64,000 bases of DNA from Octopus vulgaris. Lineage: Eukaryota. The stretch lies in NCBI GenBank assembly GCA_951406725.2, contig OX597833.1:15624001-15688000 (forward strand), read 5' to 3'. The position numbers were made by a program, and so were the translations under genes. The notes beneath the pieces were generated by a model, which did not search any database, was not told where the DNA came from, and saw nothing but the letters and a program-made list of their open reading frames with translations. Below, one piece after another: positions 13,345 to 28,492 of this stretch. How positions within the stretch are numbered: the first letter of the stretch is position 1; every line of letters starts with the position of its first letter.

Positions 13345-13426
13345 GTTGTTGTTATTATTATTATTATCGTTAGCATCACCATCAGCAGCAGCAGCATCAC
13401 CATCATCATCATCATCATAATCATTA

Positions 13427-13487
<61 letters not shown>
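13250..13487. repeat. Compound (CAT)n/(TAT)n/(CAG)n microsatellite
   Basis: Directly visible. Confidence 0.97.
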
Positions 13488-13489
<2 letters not shown>

Positions 13490-14264
13490 AACATTTTAAT
13501 ATTGTAATAATATTCTGTTTGTTTTTCCTTACATAACTGGAAAACCAACATATTAACTCAAAAACACATTTTGTATAATTTCTTCCTAAATATATGTCGG
13601 ATGATATTAATTTCAGATTAACAGAAGTTAATTGATGCTTAAATTATAATAATGTTTTAATAGCCGTCTGCTGCCGTAACACTGCTTTAAATATAGATTA
13701 AGGTTTAACATCAACAAATGCTTATACTATATAACGAAATCGCTCTTTGATATCTCAAACAAATTTTTGAAATATATGAAAATGAGTAATATTAATATAA
13801 CCAGTGTCAAAGGAACTTAGAAGAGGAAAATCGAAGAGGAAAATTGCATTAATGCTATGCAAACGAAAAAACATAAAACAGAGGGATCATTGAACTTCTT
13901 TTTAAGATGAAATTTTCTTCACGATGGCTGACGTAATCTTTGTCGCTGTAATGTCTCGGGTCAGAATAATTTGAAAATATAATTAGTGTCTATTTATTTT
14001 TGAAAATTAATAAGTCTTAACTGTATATTTTTTCATATTTTATTTTCTTGCCGTTTTACATCAACCATTACATCAATCATTCACGTGCTTTGTAAAAATT
14101 AATTATATGTGTTTCGTAATTACTTCAGATTTGTTCAAGTAGGGGGAAATAAAAGGGTAGACACTCGCCAACACAAATATTAAAAAAATACTTGTAAAAG
14201 GAATGAATATTCATTTCGATCTTCTATAAAATAATTTAATTAAAATTATTATTATTATTATTAA

Positions 14265-14327
<63 letters not shown>

Positions 14328-15042
14328 GGCTGCGAGCTGGCAGACTGTTTAGCACGCCGGACAAAATGCTTTGTGGAATTTGGTCCGTCTTTACGTTCTG
14401 AGTTTTATATTCTGCCGAGTTCGATTTTGATTTCATCTTCTCAATGTCGATAAAATAAATACTTTTTGATAGTTGGTGTCGATATAATCGACTTAGCTAG
14501 TTCCCCGAATTTGCTGGCCTTGTGCGAAAATTCGAAAGCACTCTTTTTCTTCTCATCCTTCTTATTATTCATTCTTCTTCTTTCACTTCCCAATGGACCA
14601 TTCTTGCCACATTATCATGTCTTTTATATTCACGTTGTGCCAATATTGAGAACTCACGATGTACCATACTCTTTCACACCTCTCACATCACATTCTGCAT
14701 TTATTGCTGTCGGTAGTGTTGTCCATTCTGCACTTCACGTAGTTGGTCCTTATTGCTTGATCTTGACCTGCGCATTCTCTATCTTCAGGTCACTCCTCCT
14801 CATCCATATCCACCGGTCATCTGTACCAGTCTACGCGTTCACATCTCTTGCAATCTCACCGTACATTTTTTCCTTCCATGCTTTTTCTTTGTTTGCGTTC
14901 ATTTCTTGTTCTGAGTTCAAATTCCGACGAGGCCAACATTGCCTTTCATCCTTTCAGGGTCGATACATTAAGTACTAGTGGCTATACGGCCCTATGTAAT
15001 CAACTAGTCCTCTCCCATAAAATTTCAGATTTGTGCCTTTAG

Positions 15043-18000
15043 TTCATGGTTGGTAAAACCTCTTAGTGCGGCGGGCAAACATTTCCAAAGAAAAAGGTCC
15101 GCGGGCAGATCACAAGTTCTGGCTCTTGCCTTAGTGTATATATCTATGTATAATTCGACATACATTAATAACGATAAGTTTAACGCATGAAGTAACATCT
15201 TCATTTTTGCCGCCACTGAATTTTGGACGTTCATATTACTTATGAGACATTCTATATTTTTCAGAACCTACCTATCCTAATGTTGGAGAAATCATAGCAG
15301 TCAAACACAGACCGAATTTAATTTTGAAAAATTACATTAATACTTAAATAGTATTATGCGTAAATGGCAAATTTATCCTAGTGATAATTTTATCAAATCT
15401 AATTAACTTTAATTTTAAGATTTGACTTTGTTTACTGAGAAGCATAAAACTACCTTTTCTTTTTGTTTTATGCAAGTTTAGGAATATCACGTCATTGAAT
15501 ATCACGTCATTGAACAAACTATCGCAGGTATACGTTCGTAAGTCTGGTACGAAGACGATTTTTTCTATAATTCAATTCGGAAAAACTGTTCACATTGATA
15601 AGTTGATATACAAATTTTATAGCATTTTTAGTAAAGCAAGGAATTTCTCAGGATTATTGTGTTTGTAGAAGTCAAATAAATACAGATTACTATATTTCGA
15701 TTTAATTAAGTTATCCTACTTCAAATCAATTAATTCTAATTGTAGGGAACCGGGAGCTTCATCAGGACACATCAAAAGGTGTTTCAACAACACGTTGTTC
15801 GATTTAGTCTTGTATTTCTTCAAATCTACTTCCAAATTTTTTCAAAAGACTTTCACACTTGTCAGAATATTCCTTTGCTGATTCGATATTCTTGTACCCT
15901 GAATTTCGGAAAATGTATGAAGCATTTACTTTTCAATTGTGTGACAAATAAATGAAGCTTCAGATCAAAGCTTTTGGTCTCAGAAAGCAAACTGGTTATT
16001 AGCTGATTGGAGCGTCGTAAATTTCAAGTTCAAATTATCTAAATGACTAGTTATATTTACTAAAAATGCTAAGTCACTGAAAGTTTTTATCTTCCAGTTC
16101 TATAATAGGAACACCTATAATATCCATAAAAATTCTCACGTCTTCCTTCAGTTCATAAAATAGCTTAAACATTTGGGCTTTATTTGACCATTTATTAAAT
16201 CCCTATATCCGGCTTCAAGATCTTCCAAAAATTATTTCCCTATTATTCAACTCTTTGCTTTTTATCAAATTAACAGCCTTAGTTACAACTTTCATTACAG
16301 TGTCCATCTTGATAGGTCTTACACATAAACTTTCCCTATGAATATAGCAGTAACATACAATTAAAGTTACCGGGTCCAAAAGACGGTTCTTAAATTCATT
16401 CTTGATCAGAGCTAGGAGCTCTTTTTCACGACCTACCATAGATAAACCGCCATCTGTAGCAAGACCACTGATTTTTTATATGGTAATTCAAAATCTTTCA
16501 GGGCTGAGTTGACCATTTGAAATAAATCTTCGATTTTAGTTGTTCCCGAATGTTGAATTTTACATTTATTGCACGTATGAATATTGCCTGCAGAGCAGTA
16601 ATTAGTCAGATCAGTTGTCTCATCAATATCTAATGAATTCAATACGAATTCTGCTGAATCAGATTTTAGAGAATTTTGAATGTCATCAGCAATATCTTTA
16701 AAACAATCAAAAACAGTTCTTTCTAACAAGCTAATATTTCCAAACACATTACGAATTTTTCTGATCATATATTCTCAACAGAATGATACGTTCTTTCCCG
16801 AATTCACCATCGCTACGTGGTTTCAGTCTTTTAGTAATATTTTCGTATACCGCATAACTAGCTCGAGTAACTGAATAACTTTGAAGAATTGGCCTTTTAA
16901 AAAAAGTTTGTCTTTTGGTCAGATTTTCTTCCACGGAGGCTATCTCGTAAAAAAACAGAAGGCTATCTTGTCCGTTGCAAATAAGACCAATGCACTTGTT
17001 AATCTATTTCAATAAAAAAAATAATAAAGCTCAGTCCATTTTTCATCAAACAAAGCACGTTCACAGGCACTTCTTTTTATAGGATTTTTATAACAGATTG
17101 CCATATTGATACGGGTATTGAAAAATTGATTTTACAAAGTTAACAAAGTTATAAACCGGTTAAATTTATATTATCACTTTCGGAACTTTTCATATTACCG
17201 CTGCTTGGTAAAACCAAAAGCCAACTGGCTCGTAGTCGTAATGCGAGCACTTGAGTTGTAAAAATAGTAAAAAATATAAATCTGCAAAAAATTAAATTAT
17301 TATTTATTTCAGCAAAGTTTAGCTTGATTTTCCTCCCTCCCTTGTTCACACAGATGTTCACAAGCGAGTGGAAATTGAAGGGCGATAACTGATAAGCCGA
17401 TGGCAGATGAAAGTAATTCCTGTTGTCCTTCTTGGCACCGAACGATAGCAAAAATGCGACACCCCTTTCGAAAAAACGTTATTTTTCACTGCTTTTCAGA
17501 AAAAGAAGTTAAAAGTATTTTTTTATAACCCTGTTCACGATGCACCAAATTAGTAGTTTCTGCTTCGATGAAGCTTTTCCAATTTGTTTTTGATCTTAAA
17601 TAGATTCTTAAATATTTTTGCGTATCGATTGACTGAAAAGGAGTGTGCGTCGATTTCGGAGATTATTTTTTCCTAAAAACGTGCAAAATGGAATAGAGAT
17701 GAAAATTTATATACTTAAGATTCTTGGATATGAATAATTTTTACACTGTATCTTCTACAACCATTCAGCTTTCGTTTCGGAATAAAATAATTTCGATGCA
17801 TGTAGTATATATTTAGTTATCTCAGCTAAAGTGTAGATGGGTCTGAAGGGGGTTGTACAAACCTAGAAATATGTGTTTAAGAGTGAAAACAATCTTTCCA
17901 TTCAAACGGCAATTACCGGAGGGTTCTGTTCGAGTCTTACATTCGACCAATATCGCAAATAGGTGTACGAGTATTGTATAAATCTTATAATTGAAAAATT

Positions 18001-18098
18001 TACTTTATTTTGTACATAAATGTATACCAGCCTGCAGGCGCAATATAATGGGCATGCAGACGCAAGTGCACCCGCAGGCGGGGTTTCCCCATCCTTGC
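15043..18098 (-). mobile_element. hAT transposon fossil, Buster/SPIN (GTF2IRD2/EPM2AIP1-like) transposase, degenerate
   Basis: Frameshifted fragments RALFDEKWTELYYFF (N-terminus ~17030-17100), SLDIDETTDLTN and CYIHRESLC..MDTVMKVVTKAVNLIKSKELNNR (CxxH-type motif). GCGGGC-rich subterminal motifs at 15065-15110 and 18030-18095. Ends are approximate. Confidence 0.8.
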
Positions 18099-18107
18099 TT
18101 TAGTAGA

Positions 18108-18620
<513 letters not shown>

Positions 18621-18854
18621 TTTCCTTCTTCAAATTTTCAACCGTTTCTCGCCGAGTGCTTTCCGTACACCTAAGGCAGAGAAGCTCGTTGTATGCATTC
18701 CAAGATTACACACGCAAATTCACAGGTAAAATATGTATTTAAAAATTTAAGAAATAAATTCATGACTGGATGTTGTTTTCACAGCGATAATGTTCTTCTT
18801 AGTACATGAGCCGTTCCAGTTAACACGATTTAATGCTCTTCTCAGTACATGAGC

Positions 18855-18917
<63 letters not shown>

Positions 18918-20399
18918 CATTATTATTATTATCTTTCTTTCTATTGACTGAGAACATCATGTTCCAAAAAACTCTAGAAAGATGTCTTCTCTTTTTATCT
19001 TTTCCTGTTCTTTTAACTTTAAATGATATGAAGGTCTACTGCACCGCTTGAATTAGAGGGGGCACTATTTTCTAAGCACCCCACATAATTTTTCAGAAAT
19101 AAGTATTTGTGATACACGAATTTTAAAATAACCATCTCAGAACTATCAAGAAGAAATGCTCACAAATATCAGGATATCCTTAACATAAGAATAGATTTTG
19201 CAGAGTTATATTTAAATGGAAAGTGTAACAAAATTATATATAGTTATATACAGAAGTAATGAAAATGAATGAAGTTAGAAAATGTATGTTGAAACTGGAA
19301 GCATTGCTGAAAATCCTTAATTACACAACCACCAACAGTAATAGCAGCAAACAAATACCAAAATCTGTTATTGTTTTACAATCTCAGTCAAATAAGGGGT
19401 CTCGACGTGGAGAACAAGCTCAAAGAAAAGAAGAAAACACAAACCTTGTACAGGCGCACTTCGTTTTCTGAATTTGGTGAAAGATATGGCTGATGTGTAG
19501 AAGGCTGCGTGTTTAGCCCAAGTGAATTTCAATGAATTAAAACCTTACTTACTTTACTTAACATGAGCTCAGGGGAGATACAGGATCAAAATATTGTTGC
19601 GTTTCTTAATTCATTATCAATTTCTTCTACACCGCCGGCTCATCTTCTGGATTATTTTCTGGCTCCATACATCACTCACTCTGAATTTTTCATTTCTGCT
19701 TTTCTCTCCATATCTTCCTTCGTTATGTCTTCCGATTCTCTCCAGTCTTTTCAAACAAACATTTTTGATGATTTTGAAACGACCAGATTTGCTGAATTTA
19801 GTCTAATTCATACACTACTTGTTTTAGCCTCCTTTGCTTTCAATCTTTGCATCAATTCAATTACAACATTTGTTCAAATTTTCTATATCATTGACATATT
19901 TTTCTCTGAACCTTCGTTAAAGACTTATTCATTACTTACCTACTGCCTCAACCTTCTGACGCTCTTTCCATCCGTCTTATTTCACTAAAGAATATATCAG
20001 ATTATAGCTAAGGTCTTTTGCTACTATTTATGCTAAAGCCTCCTATGGTTTATTTACTACTAGGAGAGAAATAAGTATCACATATCCTACAGCATTATCA
20101 CTTCCTATTAATTTACTTTTGTCGTCTTTCTCTCATACCCTCTAAGTTTAACAGTCTCTTTATTTTCTTTCAAGACACCCTAGTGGTAATAACAGTGATT
20201 TCTTATTCAGACATTTATCAGTATTTGTGTTGTAATGTATGTAACAAGTTAACTCTTGTTAGCGCAATATCTGAAGCCTAATTTGAAATGTTTCTTTTAG
20301 TTTATGACATCTGTTCTGAGCATTATTATATTTAACAACTGCTATAAATGTTCCAAGCGGATTAGCTACACGGAAGCAAGAATTATCAGAGTAATAATA

Positions 20400-20968
20400 T
20401 TGGGTTGTCCAGAAAGTTCATGCCGGTTTATAGTAGCTTACCTTTCGATTTATTTTAGAACATGGTTGAGTCCATAGATAGGATTTGACTGCACCTCCAT
20501 TTAGAGCACAGTTTAAGCTATCTTTTCATGGAAGAAGTTTTATGTTCCTAAAACCTGTTTTGATTTTGTAATCCTTTAAAATGGAAGGTAAGAAGGTTCA
20601 TTTTCGGCACTTGATGCTTTGGGGACCAGACAAAAATTGCTGCAGCTCGGCTGGGATGTGTTACTCCACCTTCCATATTCACCAGATATTGCTCCTTCGG
20701 ATTTCCACTTATTCAGGTCTCTGCAGAATAGTCTTCATGGTAAAAATTTCAATTCCTTGGATGACGTAAAAAAGATACATTGATGAATTCTTTGCCATGA
20801 AACCACCTCCATACTGGGAAGAAGGTATTTTCAAGTTAAAAGAAAGATGGTGACGCATTGTGCAGCAAAATGGTTCATGTTTGGTTGATTAAAAAGTTTA
20901 AATATGCAAGTATTTATTGACCTTTTCCTTTCCTTTAAAAATCGTCACGAACTTTCCGGACAACCCAA
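20400..20968 (+). mobile_element. Internally deleted mariner (DD34D-type) element
   Basis: TIRs ttgggttgtccagaaagttc / gaactttccggacaacccaa with TA on both sides. MEGKKVHFRHLML start is joined to LLQLGWDVLLHLPYSPDIAPSDFHLFRSLQN. Confidence 0.92.
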
Positions 20969-22884
20969 TACTTACACGTCTATAAAATGCTGCAATAAGT
21001 TCATTAATTCAATTTCCCTTGTCTTTCCGACCATCTTAACATATTTCACCAATCTGGAATCCAGCTATTTATTCACTGGAATAAATTAACACTTTCTCTC
21101 TATCAGTATAATTTTCATTTACATGACCTGCAACCCTCTGGATTTCCCACTGACTGTTTAGTTAATAGGTTCATTAGATAGCCGCAATGCTTTATAGAGC
21201 GAGTTTATCCTACCAGCTGCTGGTATTCTGTCTTGCAAAAGCTTTGCTTCGTTCGACATTGTTAAAATTCTTTGACCATAACTTCTGCCTATTCAATTTC
21301 TTTGCTCAGTTGGCATTAATTAGTTTCTTTCGTGTTTCTAATTAAGATTCTATACATATGCACGGGTATCGTATTTACTTTTACCTAAAATAGGGGACTG
21401 ATCTTTTGTAATAGGATGAAGACAGACAAGAGTCTGTCCTTGCAAGAGCTGTCTCCGGCCAGTGACAGATTAATATTTACAGCCTCCATTTTCTAGATTT
21501 AGAAATATTGATAAACTTACAGCTTGATATTTCCATTCACACTGAGGCATTATTTCGAATGTATCTCTACCGTAGGTGATTTTATCAACACGACATCTCA
21601 AAGAGAATGGAAAGTTAAGGCAAAAAGAGAGCGCTCCTTCGGATGTGTCCGACTTAACTCCGGCCGCCAACTCGTCATATTGTGATCCCGGCGAAAGTTT
21701 TAAGGAGGCACCAGTACCGGTATTTTTATTCAGACACCATCGCTAACATGGAACCCAGCTGAAACTAACCAAACCGTCACACCCACAATCGTTTGCACAC
21801 CGGCCAAAATACATTGCGTCATTTCGTCCGTCTTTACGTTCCGAGTTCAAATCCCGCCGTGGTTGACTTTGCCATTCCATCCTCTCAGATTTCATAAGAG
21901 AAATACCAGTTGAGTATTGGAGCCGAATTAATCGACAAAGTTTGAAATTCAATATTTTGTTGTTCTTTTTTAATTTTTATTAGACATAAGGAGATACGCT
22001 GGCAGAATTATTAGCACGCCGGACAAAATGCCTAGCGACATTTCACTCGTCTTTACGTTCAAAGTCCTCCGAGGTCAAATTTGCTTTCATCCTTTCGCGA
22101 TCGATAAAATAAGTACCAGTAGAGCATCAGCGCTGATGTAATAATTTTTATACCCTTCTCAAAAATTGCTCGCCTTGTGCCGAAATTTGAAACCAATATG
22201 TTTAGTAAACATATATTTCGCCTCGCCGTACAAATACAAAATGTAATTTAAAAATTGTATTTTCTAGGGAATGAGCACAGAACAATTTAACCAGCTTTTC
22301 TTTCGTTATTACAGCTTATGAAAGTCATCTACTTTCAGCTGCTTTACAGAAAGATAAAGAAATTGACAATTACTAACGATCCTTTGAAAAAGTATGAAGT
22401 GACATGGTTTGATAGTACATTTCCTGGAAGCGAATTGTACTCTCAAAATGTGAATGTGTATGTGTGCGTGTGTATGTTTGCGTGGATGCGCGCGCGTGCG
22501 AAAGAGAGAGAGAGAGACAGACAGACAAACAGATAGTATGCATATGTTGCGGAATGAACTGTTAATACTTTTGAACATGAGAATTTAATAAGTTAGGTTA
22601 CCATCGCAATGTATGTAAATCATGTAGTTTAGGTGCAAACAGTGTTTACTCACACAAATATGACACACACTCATACACATCTACGTAAGCATTACAAATA
22701 CACAATCGTAAATAAATGCATGCACACATAGAGTCATATATATTTTCATTGAGTGTCTATATATATATGTTTCAGATGAATATGGTGCTTAATTTGAGAC
22801 ACCAGAATTTAGTACGGTATTATCCATAGAATTTCAAAATAAGGTGATTAAAATCAAAATAACCAACAAGGATATCCAGAGGTA

Positions 22885-22972
22885 ATGCAGTACGATCGTT
22901 TCAACCAACTCCATTTAATTGAAAAATGTAATCATTACATCAATTTAAATGCAGAGCAATCCTCAGAAGCAT
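22885..22972 (-). ncRNA. Degenerate type I hammerhead motif
   Basis: CUGAGGA...long AU-rich stem II...GAAAC-GAUC-GUA. Stem I pairs only distally (AUGC/GCAU) and the two core-proximal pairs are lost. Confidence 0.5.
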
Positions 22973-23460
22973 GAAGATATAAAATTTAATTAAACTAAAA
23001 CAGATGGACACATTAGTAGAATTCTACCTAAAATCTCCAAGAAGGTAAGAGGAGGGACACAAAAACATGCCGTTGTCACTTCAGCTAAATAACTTCTATC
23101 CTTTCAGGTTCAATAAATTAAGTATCAGTGAAACACCGAAGATAATGTAATCGACTCGCCCCCGTCCAAAGATGGGTGCCATGGTGGTAAAATTAGAAAT
23201 CAATTTAGGTTCGGTATTCATAGGTTTACTAAATCAGCCCATTGATCGGTTGAAAAACGACCTAAACAGTTAATGCTACTTATATCAAATCAGTTCTGGT
23301 TATAACAAAGCAGTTTACGACGGGTTTCTAGCATTTTCCGTCTACCAAATACAATCACATGGCTTTGGTCGGCCCGAAACTATAGTAGAGGCTACCCATG
23401 TTGTTGGGAAGCAAGCTTCTTACCACACAGCCACGATGTATATATATATATATATATATT

Positions 23461-23505
<45 letters not shown>

Positions 23506-23689
23506 GTATGTATATACCGACACCGAAACCATCTGGTTTTTTACAACATGGCTACGTCTGCGACTATATCTATCTCTCTATCTCTCTATCTATTTAAATG
23601 GGTAATTACTACTTCTGTTAGCTTGGATTTCATCTACTCCATTTACTAACTTTGGAAATATATATATGTTCGTATATATATATATATAT

Positions 23690-23875
23690 GGCGATTTTTT
23701 TTCCTCTGTCTGCCCTTCTCTGGATCTTTCCTTCTCCTATGTTTCCGACGAAGAGCTCCGCTCGAAACGTTAAACCCTCCTTCTTCCCTTCTTTCCTGAG
23801 CGTCCAATAACACTTTATTTGTACCACGTCCTCACGTTGTTGTGCTTTTTTTGTGTTTTCTTGTTTGGATTAACT
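23690..23875 (+). mobile_element. Second copy of the short (TA)n-embedded repeat, hammerhead-like motif at 23741-23775
   Basis: GUUU-CCGACGA-A-GAGC-ucc-GCUC-GAAACGUU-AAAC, with a 4-bp stem I. Confidence 0.7.
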
Positions 23876-24083
23876 ATATATATATATATAACATGGAGTA
23901 GATGAAGGGGGATATCCTTTATGTTGAATGTCTCGTTTTTCTGTTTACTTTTTCGTTGTTTGAAAAAAGTTCGTTTTCTATGTTTTTGTTTTTATGTTTT
24001 CGTTTCTTATTGTTTTCAACGTTCTTTTGATGTCCTGTACCCATATATGCATGTATATATACATATATATGTAGGTATGTATG

Positions 24084-24115
<32 letters not shown>

Positions 24116-24167
24116 CGTGGTTATGTACATATGTGTATGTATATATGCATATATGTATATATATATA

Positions 24168-24235
<68 letters not shown>

Positions 24236-24614
24236 TGTTCATGTGTATATATGCGTGTGCGCGGATTTATTTGCATTAATGCACGTGTAGGGGAGTGTGT
24301 GTGCGTAGGCTTTCGTGTTTTTCCTATGGACAGTGTCACTGACCATCGAAAGCTGACCCACTGTGCACGTCGATGATAATTATAATATTTCACCTCATCA
24401 GATTCGCACAACCAGCTGCCTACGATAAGAAATGTCCAATTATGCTTTCGCATTACCTGCTCCCCGTTGTATCCGTAAATTAGAAGCGAATGGAAGAAAG
24501 GGAATTATTTCTAATGCAGGTTACAAGCCGAAGTTTATAATGATGACATTCAGTGAGTTGAAATGATTCCCCGAATGGTCAAGACTTGCAAAATGGCAAA
24601 TAAGTTCATGAAAA

Positions 24615-25020
24615 TCATCATCGTCGTTTAACGTCCGTTCTCCATGCTAGCATGGGTTGGACGGTTCCACCGGGGTTCTGGGAAGCCAGAAGGCTGCACC
24701 AGGCTCCAGTCTAATTTGGCAATGTTTCTACAGCTGGATGCCCTTCCTAACGCCAACCACTCCGTGAGTGTAGTGGGTGCTTTTTACGTGCCACCTGCAC
24801 AGGTGCCAGGCGGGGCTGGCAACGGCCACGGTCAGATTGGTGTATTTTATGTGCCACCGGCACGGAAGCCAGACGGACGGTGCTGGCATCGGCCACGAGT
24901 TGGATAGTGCTTTTTACGTACCACCAGACCAGGGATCCTGGCTGGTTCAATTCGATTTCGATTTCGCTTGCCCCAACATGTCTTCACAAGCAAAGGGGGT
25001 TGGCATGGGTGCCTGTCGTA
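24615..25020 (-). mobile_element. SINE-like element, family D
   Basis: Homologous to 2381-2757. Confidence 0.75.
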
Positions 25021-25274
25021 ACATTTATTTTTGTTTTCATTTGTTAAATCTGTTGCATACTGCGTAGAATACACTTCTCCTCATTGATACTCATATGTAT
25101 GTTTGTTCATCTGTTTCAGTCATTAAACTGCGGCCATGGTCGTGCACCACCTTGGAGAACATTAATCGAACGAATTGCTCCCCGCTAAGTTGTGGAAGTG
25201 TGAACACATGAACACCAGCTGTCAAGCTGCGGTTGGGGAAAACTCATATGCAAAGGCGCACGCGCATAAAACAC

Positions 25275-25310
<36 letters not shown>

Positions 25311-25313
25311 GCA

Positions 25314-25345
<32 letters not shown>

Positions 25346-25373
25346 TACATACATATATACATACATACATACA

Positions 25374-25470
<97 letters not shown>

Positions 25471-25475
25471 TTTTA

Positions 25476-25607
25476 TATTATATTGAGGGTACTACTATTC
25501 GTAGATACCAACACTAAGAAGGACCAATACGGTCAAAACTACTAAAAATAAACAAAATTTTGTTTATTTTTAGTAGTTTTACGTATAGTAGTACCCTCAA
25601 TATAATA
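25476..25607. repeat. Nested inverted repeats including a perfect 46-bp palindrome (25535-25580)
   Basis: Inner palindrome aaaactactaaaaataaacaaaattttgtttatttttagtagtttt; outer arms tattatattgagggtactactat / atagtagtaccctcaatataata. Confidence 0.9.
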
Positions 25608-25711
25608 TAAATGAATATTTTCAAAGAGGAAGAATTTACATTTTTTCTCTTACGAGGTTTTTCACGCTGACTACCGATAATTTCTTTTAAAGATTTTATC
25701 CTCAATTGTTA

Positions 25712-25745
<34 letters not shown>

Positions 25746-26044
25746 CAATATAGGATGAAGTCCCTTTCTCTACAGAAAAGGATTCCATCAAAAAGCGTGG
25801 CAGTATATTAAAAAACCTTTACGGTTGAAGTATAAACATCTTATAATTAAGGGCTAAAGAAGGTTATTCTAAAGCCAATACACTGATTTATCGACTTATA
25901 ATCCACTTGTTACAGGAAAATTGAACTGAAAGCGGGCAACTAAACTTTAGAAAATTTAAATTTCGTTATCTCTATATTGAATCAATTTCGGAATTAATCC
26001 TATAAAGGATACATTCTTTTTCAGTAGAGCTTACGAGGGAATAT

Positions 26045-26865
26045 AAATAAAATACTCACATGCCATTATGGAAAAAGCAGAAGCTAAAAACATAACTACA
26101 TAAAAATGACATAAAAATATCTAGAAATACTAAAGAGTAAATTTATTCAATAAAATCGCAAATTGGCTTCAACAACGGTCTCCAAAAGTCTTCGTAATCT
26201 TCAGCAACTCTTCTGGTCTGTTTCCTTGTTTAAGTTGGGGAATCCTGGCATAATCATTGCTTTCAGTTCATATTTGGTGTTGCAAGGAATTTTGTTAGTC
26301 TCTCGCTCAGCTGTACCGCACACATGATAATCAAGTGGGTTGCAGTCTATGGGGTTAGGTGGTCAGAGGTTAGGGGTGCTATGGTCCAAGAAACTGTCTG
26401 ACAGCCATAAACGGGTTCTCCTGCTTGTGTGACATGATGCAGAGTCCTGTTGCCAGATATAGGGTTTTCCAGCAGCCACCCTCTTTGCCCAGGGCAGCAC
26501 TGCCTCTTCCAGGCACTTGATGTAACCATCCCTGTTAGATCTGTGGCAGTGTGAGATGAATGGAAACATAACATCTCCATCACTAGTGATCACTCCAAAC
26601 ACCATGATGTTGACTGTATGTCTGATGTTTATCATTTTCAGTACAGCTTCGTATTGATACATAGCTGTCCGTATTCGAGCTTCCGTCGCGAAGGCCAGGC
26701 AGTACAGCATGTCGTTTCTAAGTTTCTGGCAGAGTGAACTGCGTAATGGCGATGTTTTTCTCACAGATGCTGCGCAAATGACCCTACTACAGATTCAAAA
26801 ACAGACAATGCGCAAGCAGAAAATTAATAATATAAGATAGTAACAATTTACTCATCGCACCCAAT
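26045..26865 (-). mobile_element. DD37D (maT-like) transposon fossil
   Basis: IMVFGVITSDGDV and IWQQDSASCHTSRRTRLWLSDSFLDHSTPNL*PPNPIDCNPLD, with 37 residues between the second and third Asp by manual count. Confidence 0.85.
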
Positions 26866-27137
26866 ATATATACTGAGGATTTGGTAGACGGAAACTGAAA
26901 GAAGCCCGTAGTACATAATGTGTATATATATATATATATTCCGTGCTATGCAGCACGGAACAAGTCGCGGTCTCAAAGCGACGAAAATATTTTGGCCAAT
27001 TAAATTTAAACGTTGAAGTCAAATCTAACGGTTTTTGTGTGTTTCTTAAATGGCTTATAAACACCTTCCACGCTGCAATTGTTTTCGTTCAAGTACACGA
27101 TCACAGATCAGGTCATTTGCTATGCAAGTACATCTCC

Positions 27138-27185
<48 letters not shown>

Positions 27186-27190
<5 letters not shown>

Positions 27191-27288
27191 GTATACGATT
27201 GAGTGTGCTTCTTATGTATATATATGTAATAGTATATATCTCATCAATATCACAGAAATTTATCTGTCTTTGTGTTTGTGTGTGTGTT

Positions 27289-27329
<41 letters not shown>

Positions 27330-28103
27330 AGAGAGAGAGAGAGAGAGAGACAGACAGAGACAGACAGACAGACAGACAGTCAGACAGACAGTCAGACAGG
27401 CAGACAGACAGACAGACCAGACAGACAGACAGAGCATGTACCGATCAGTTTCCATCTGTATCAGTATGGATATTATAAGAGATGTGCATAAATTTTTTCT
27501 GTCATCTCTTGTACTAATGTGATAAATTTTGCATTAGCTGTGTGATAGTATTTATAAACTGAAAAATTCACGTATTTTCGATTAATCTGTGTACATATGG
27601 AAACATGAAAAACTTCTCACAGCTTGTCTGATCCAGTAACGCATACATATATGTTTGAATGTGTACATATGTACTTATGAATAAATGTATGTGTGTATGT
27701 ATGTATGTATGTATGTATATATGAATGTATAATGTATTTAGTGTTTGGTTTGTAACGTTTGTACATATGTTAGAGTAAGTTTGTGTCTATATACACAGGT
27801 ATGCGCACACGTGCGATCTCACATCCGGTCGTTTTGGATTCACGGTGAAGTAGCGGACACGGAAGGGGTATTTTAGTTTTGTAATATAATATACACAAGT
27901 TAGTGAATAGAGAAGTGTGATACCGACTGTTCTAGTCAATTAGTATATATACAAACGATAGACCATTGTACATATATGTGTGTGTGTGTGTTTCTATGTA
28001 TGTATGTATGTGTGCATGTATGTGTGTATATATATATATATATATAGATAGATATATCTGTATGTATATATAAACATGCATGCATCCATATACATACACA
28101 GAC

Positions 28104-28140
<37 letters not shown>

Positions 28141-28154
28141 CATACACACATATA

Positions 28155-28215
<61 letters not shown>

Positions 28216-28302
28216 AAACACAAAGACAGATACATTTCTGTGATATTGATGATATATATACTATTATATATATATACATAAGAAGCACACTCAATCGTAT
28301 AC

Positions 28303-28307
<5 letters not shown>
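27186..28307. repeat. Dispersed inverted repeat, ~100-bp arms (27186-27288 and 28209-28307) ~0.9 kb apart
   Basis: catatgtatacgattgagtgtgcttcttatg...catcaatatcacagaaat.tatctgtctttgtgtttg and its reverse complement. The same peptide [10 protein letters not shown] appears in ORFs on opposite strands. Confidence 0.9.
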
Positions 28308-28350
<43 letters not shown>

Positions 28351-28461
28351 ACACATATATGCATATATATGCATTTTATATATTTACACATTGTGTATGT
28401 GTGCGTATTTGTATGTGCCAGTGTATTTGTCTGTGTGTGTATTTGTTTGTGTTTGTGTGTG

Positions 28462-28492
<31 letters not shown>

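Noticed and set aside
14560-14900. 170-aa ORF 14466-14978
   Set aside because: It spans two SINE pieces and an unidentified pyrimidine-rich segment and has no protein motif.
15600-17105. Domesticated GTF2IRD2/EPM2AIP1-like gene
   Set aside because: Multiple stops and frameshifts plus transposon-like termini indicate a dead hAT element.
19260-21460. Possible highly degraded LINE on the minus strand around the mariner
   Set aside because: Only faint motif hints, not supportable by eye; BLASTX is needed.
25514-25540. ctaagaag-gacc-aatac-ggtc-aaaac as a hammerhead
   Set aside because: A stem II-like hairpin is present, but both core boxes are mutated and there is no stem I or cleavage site.
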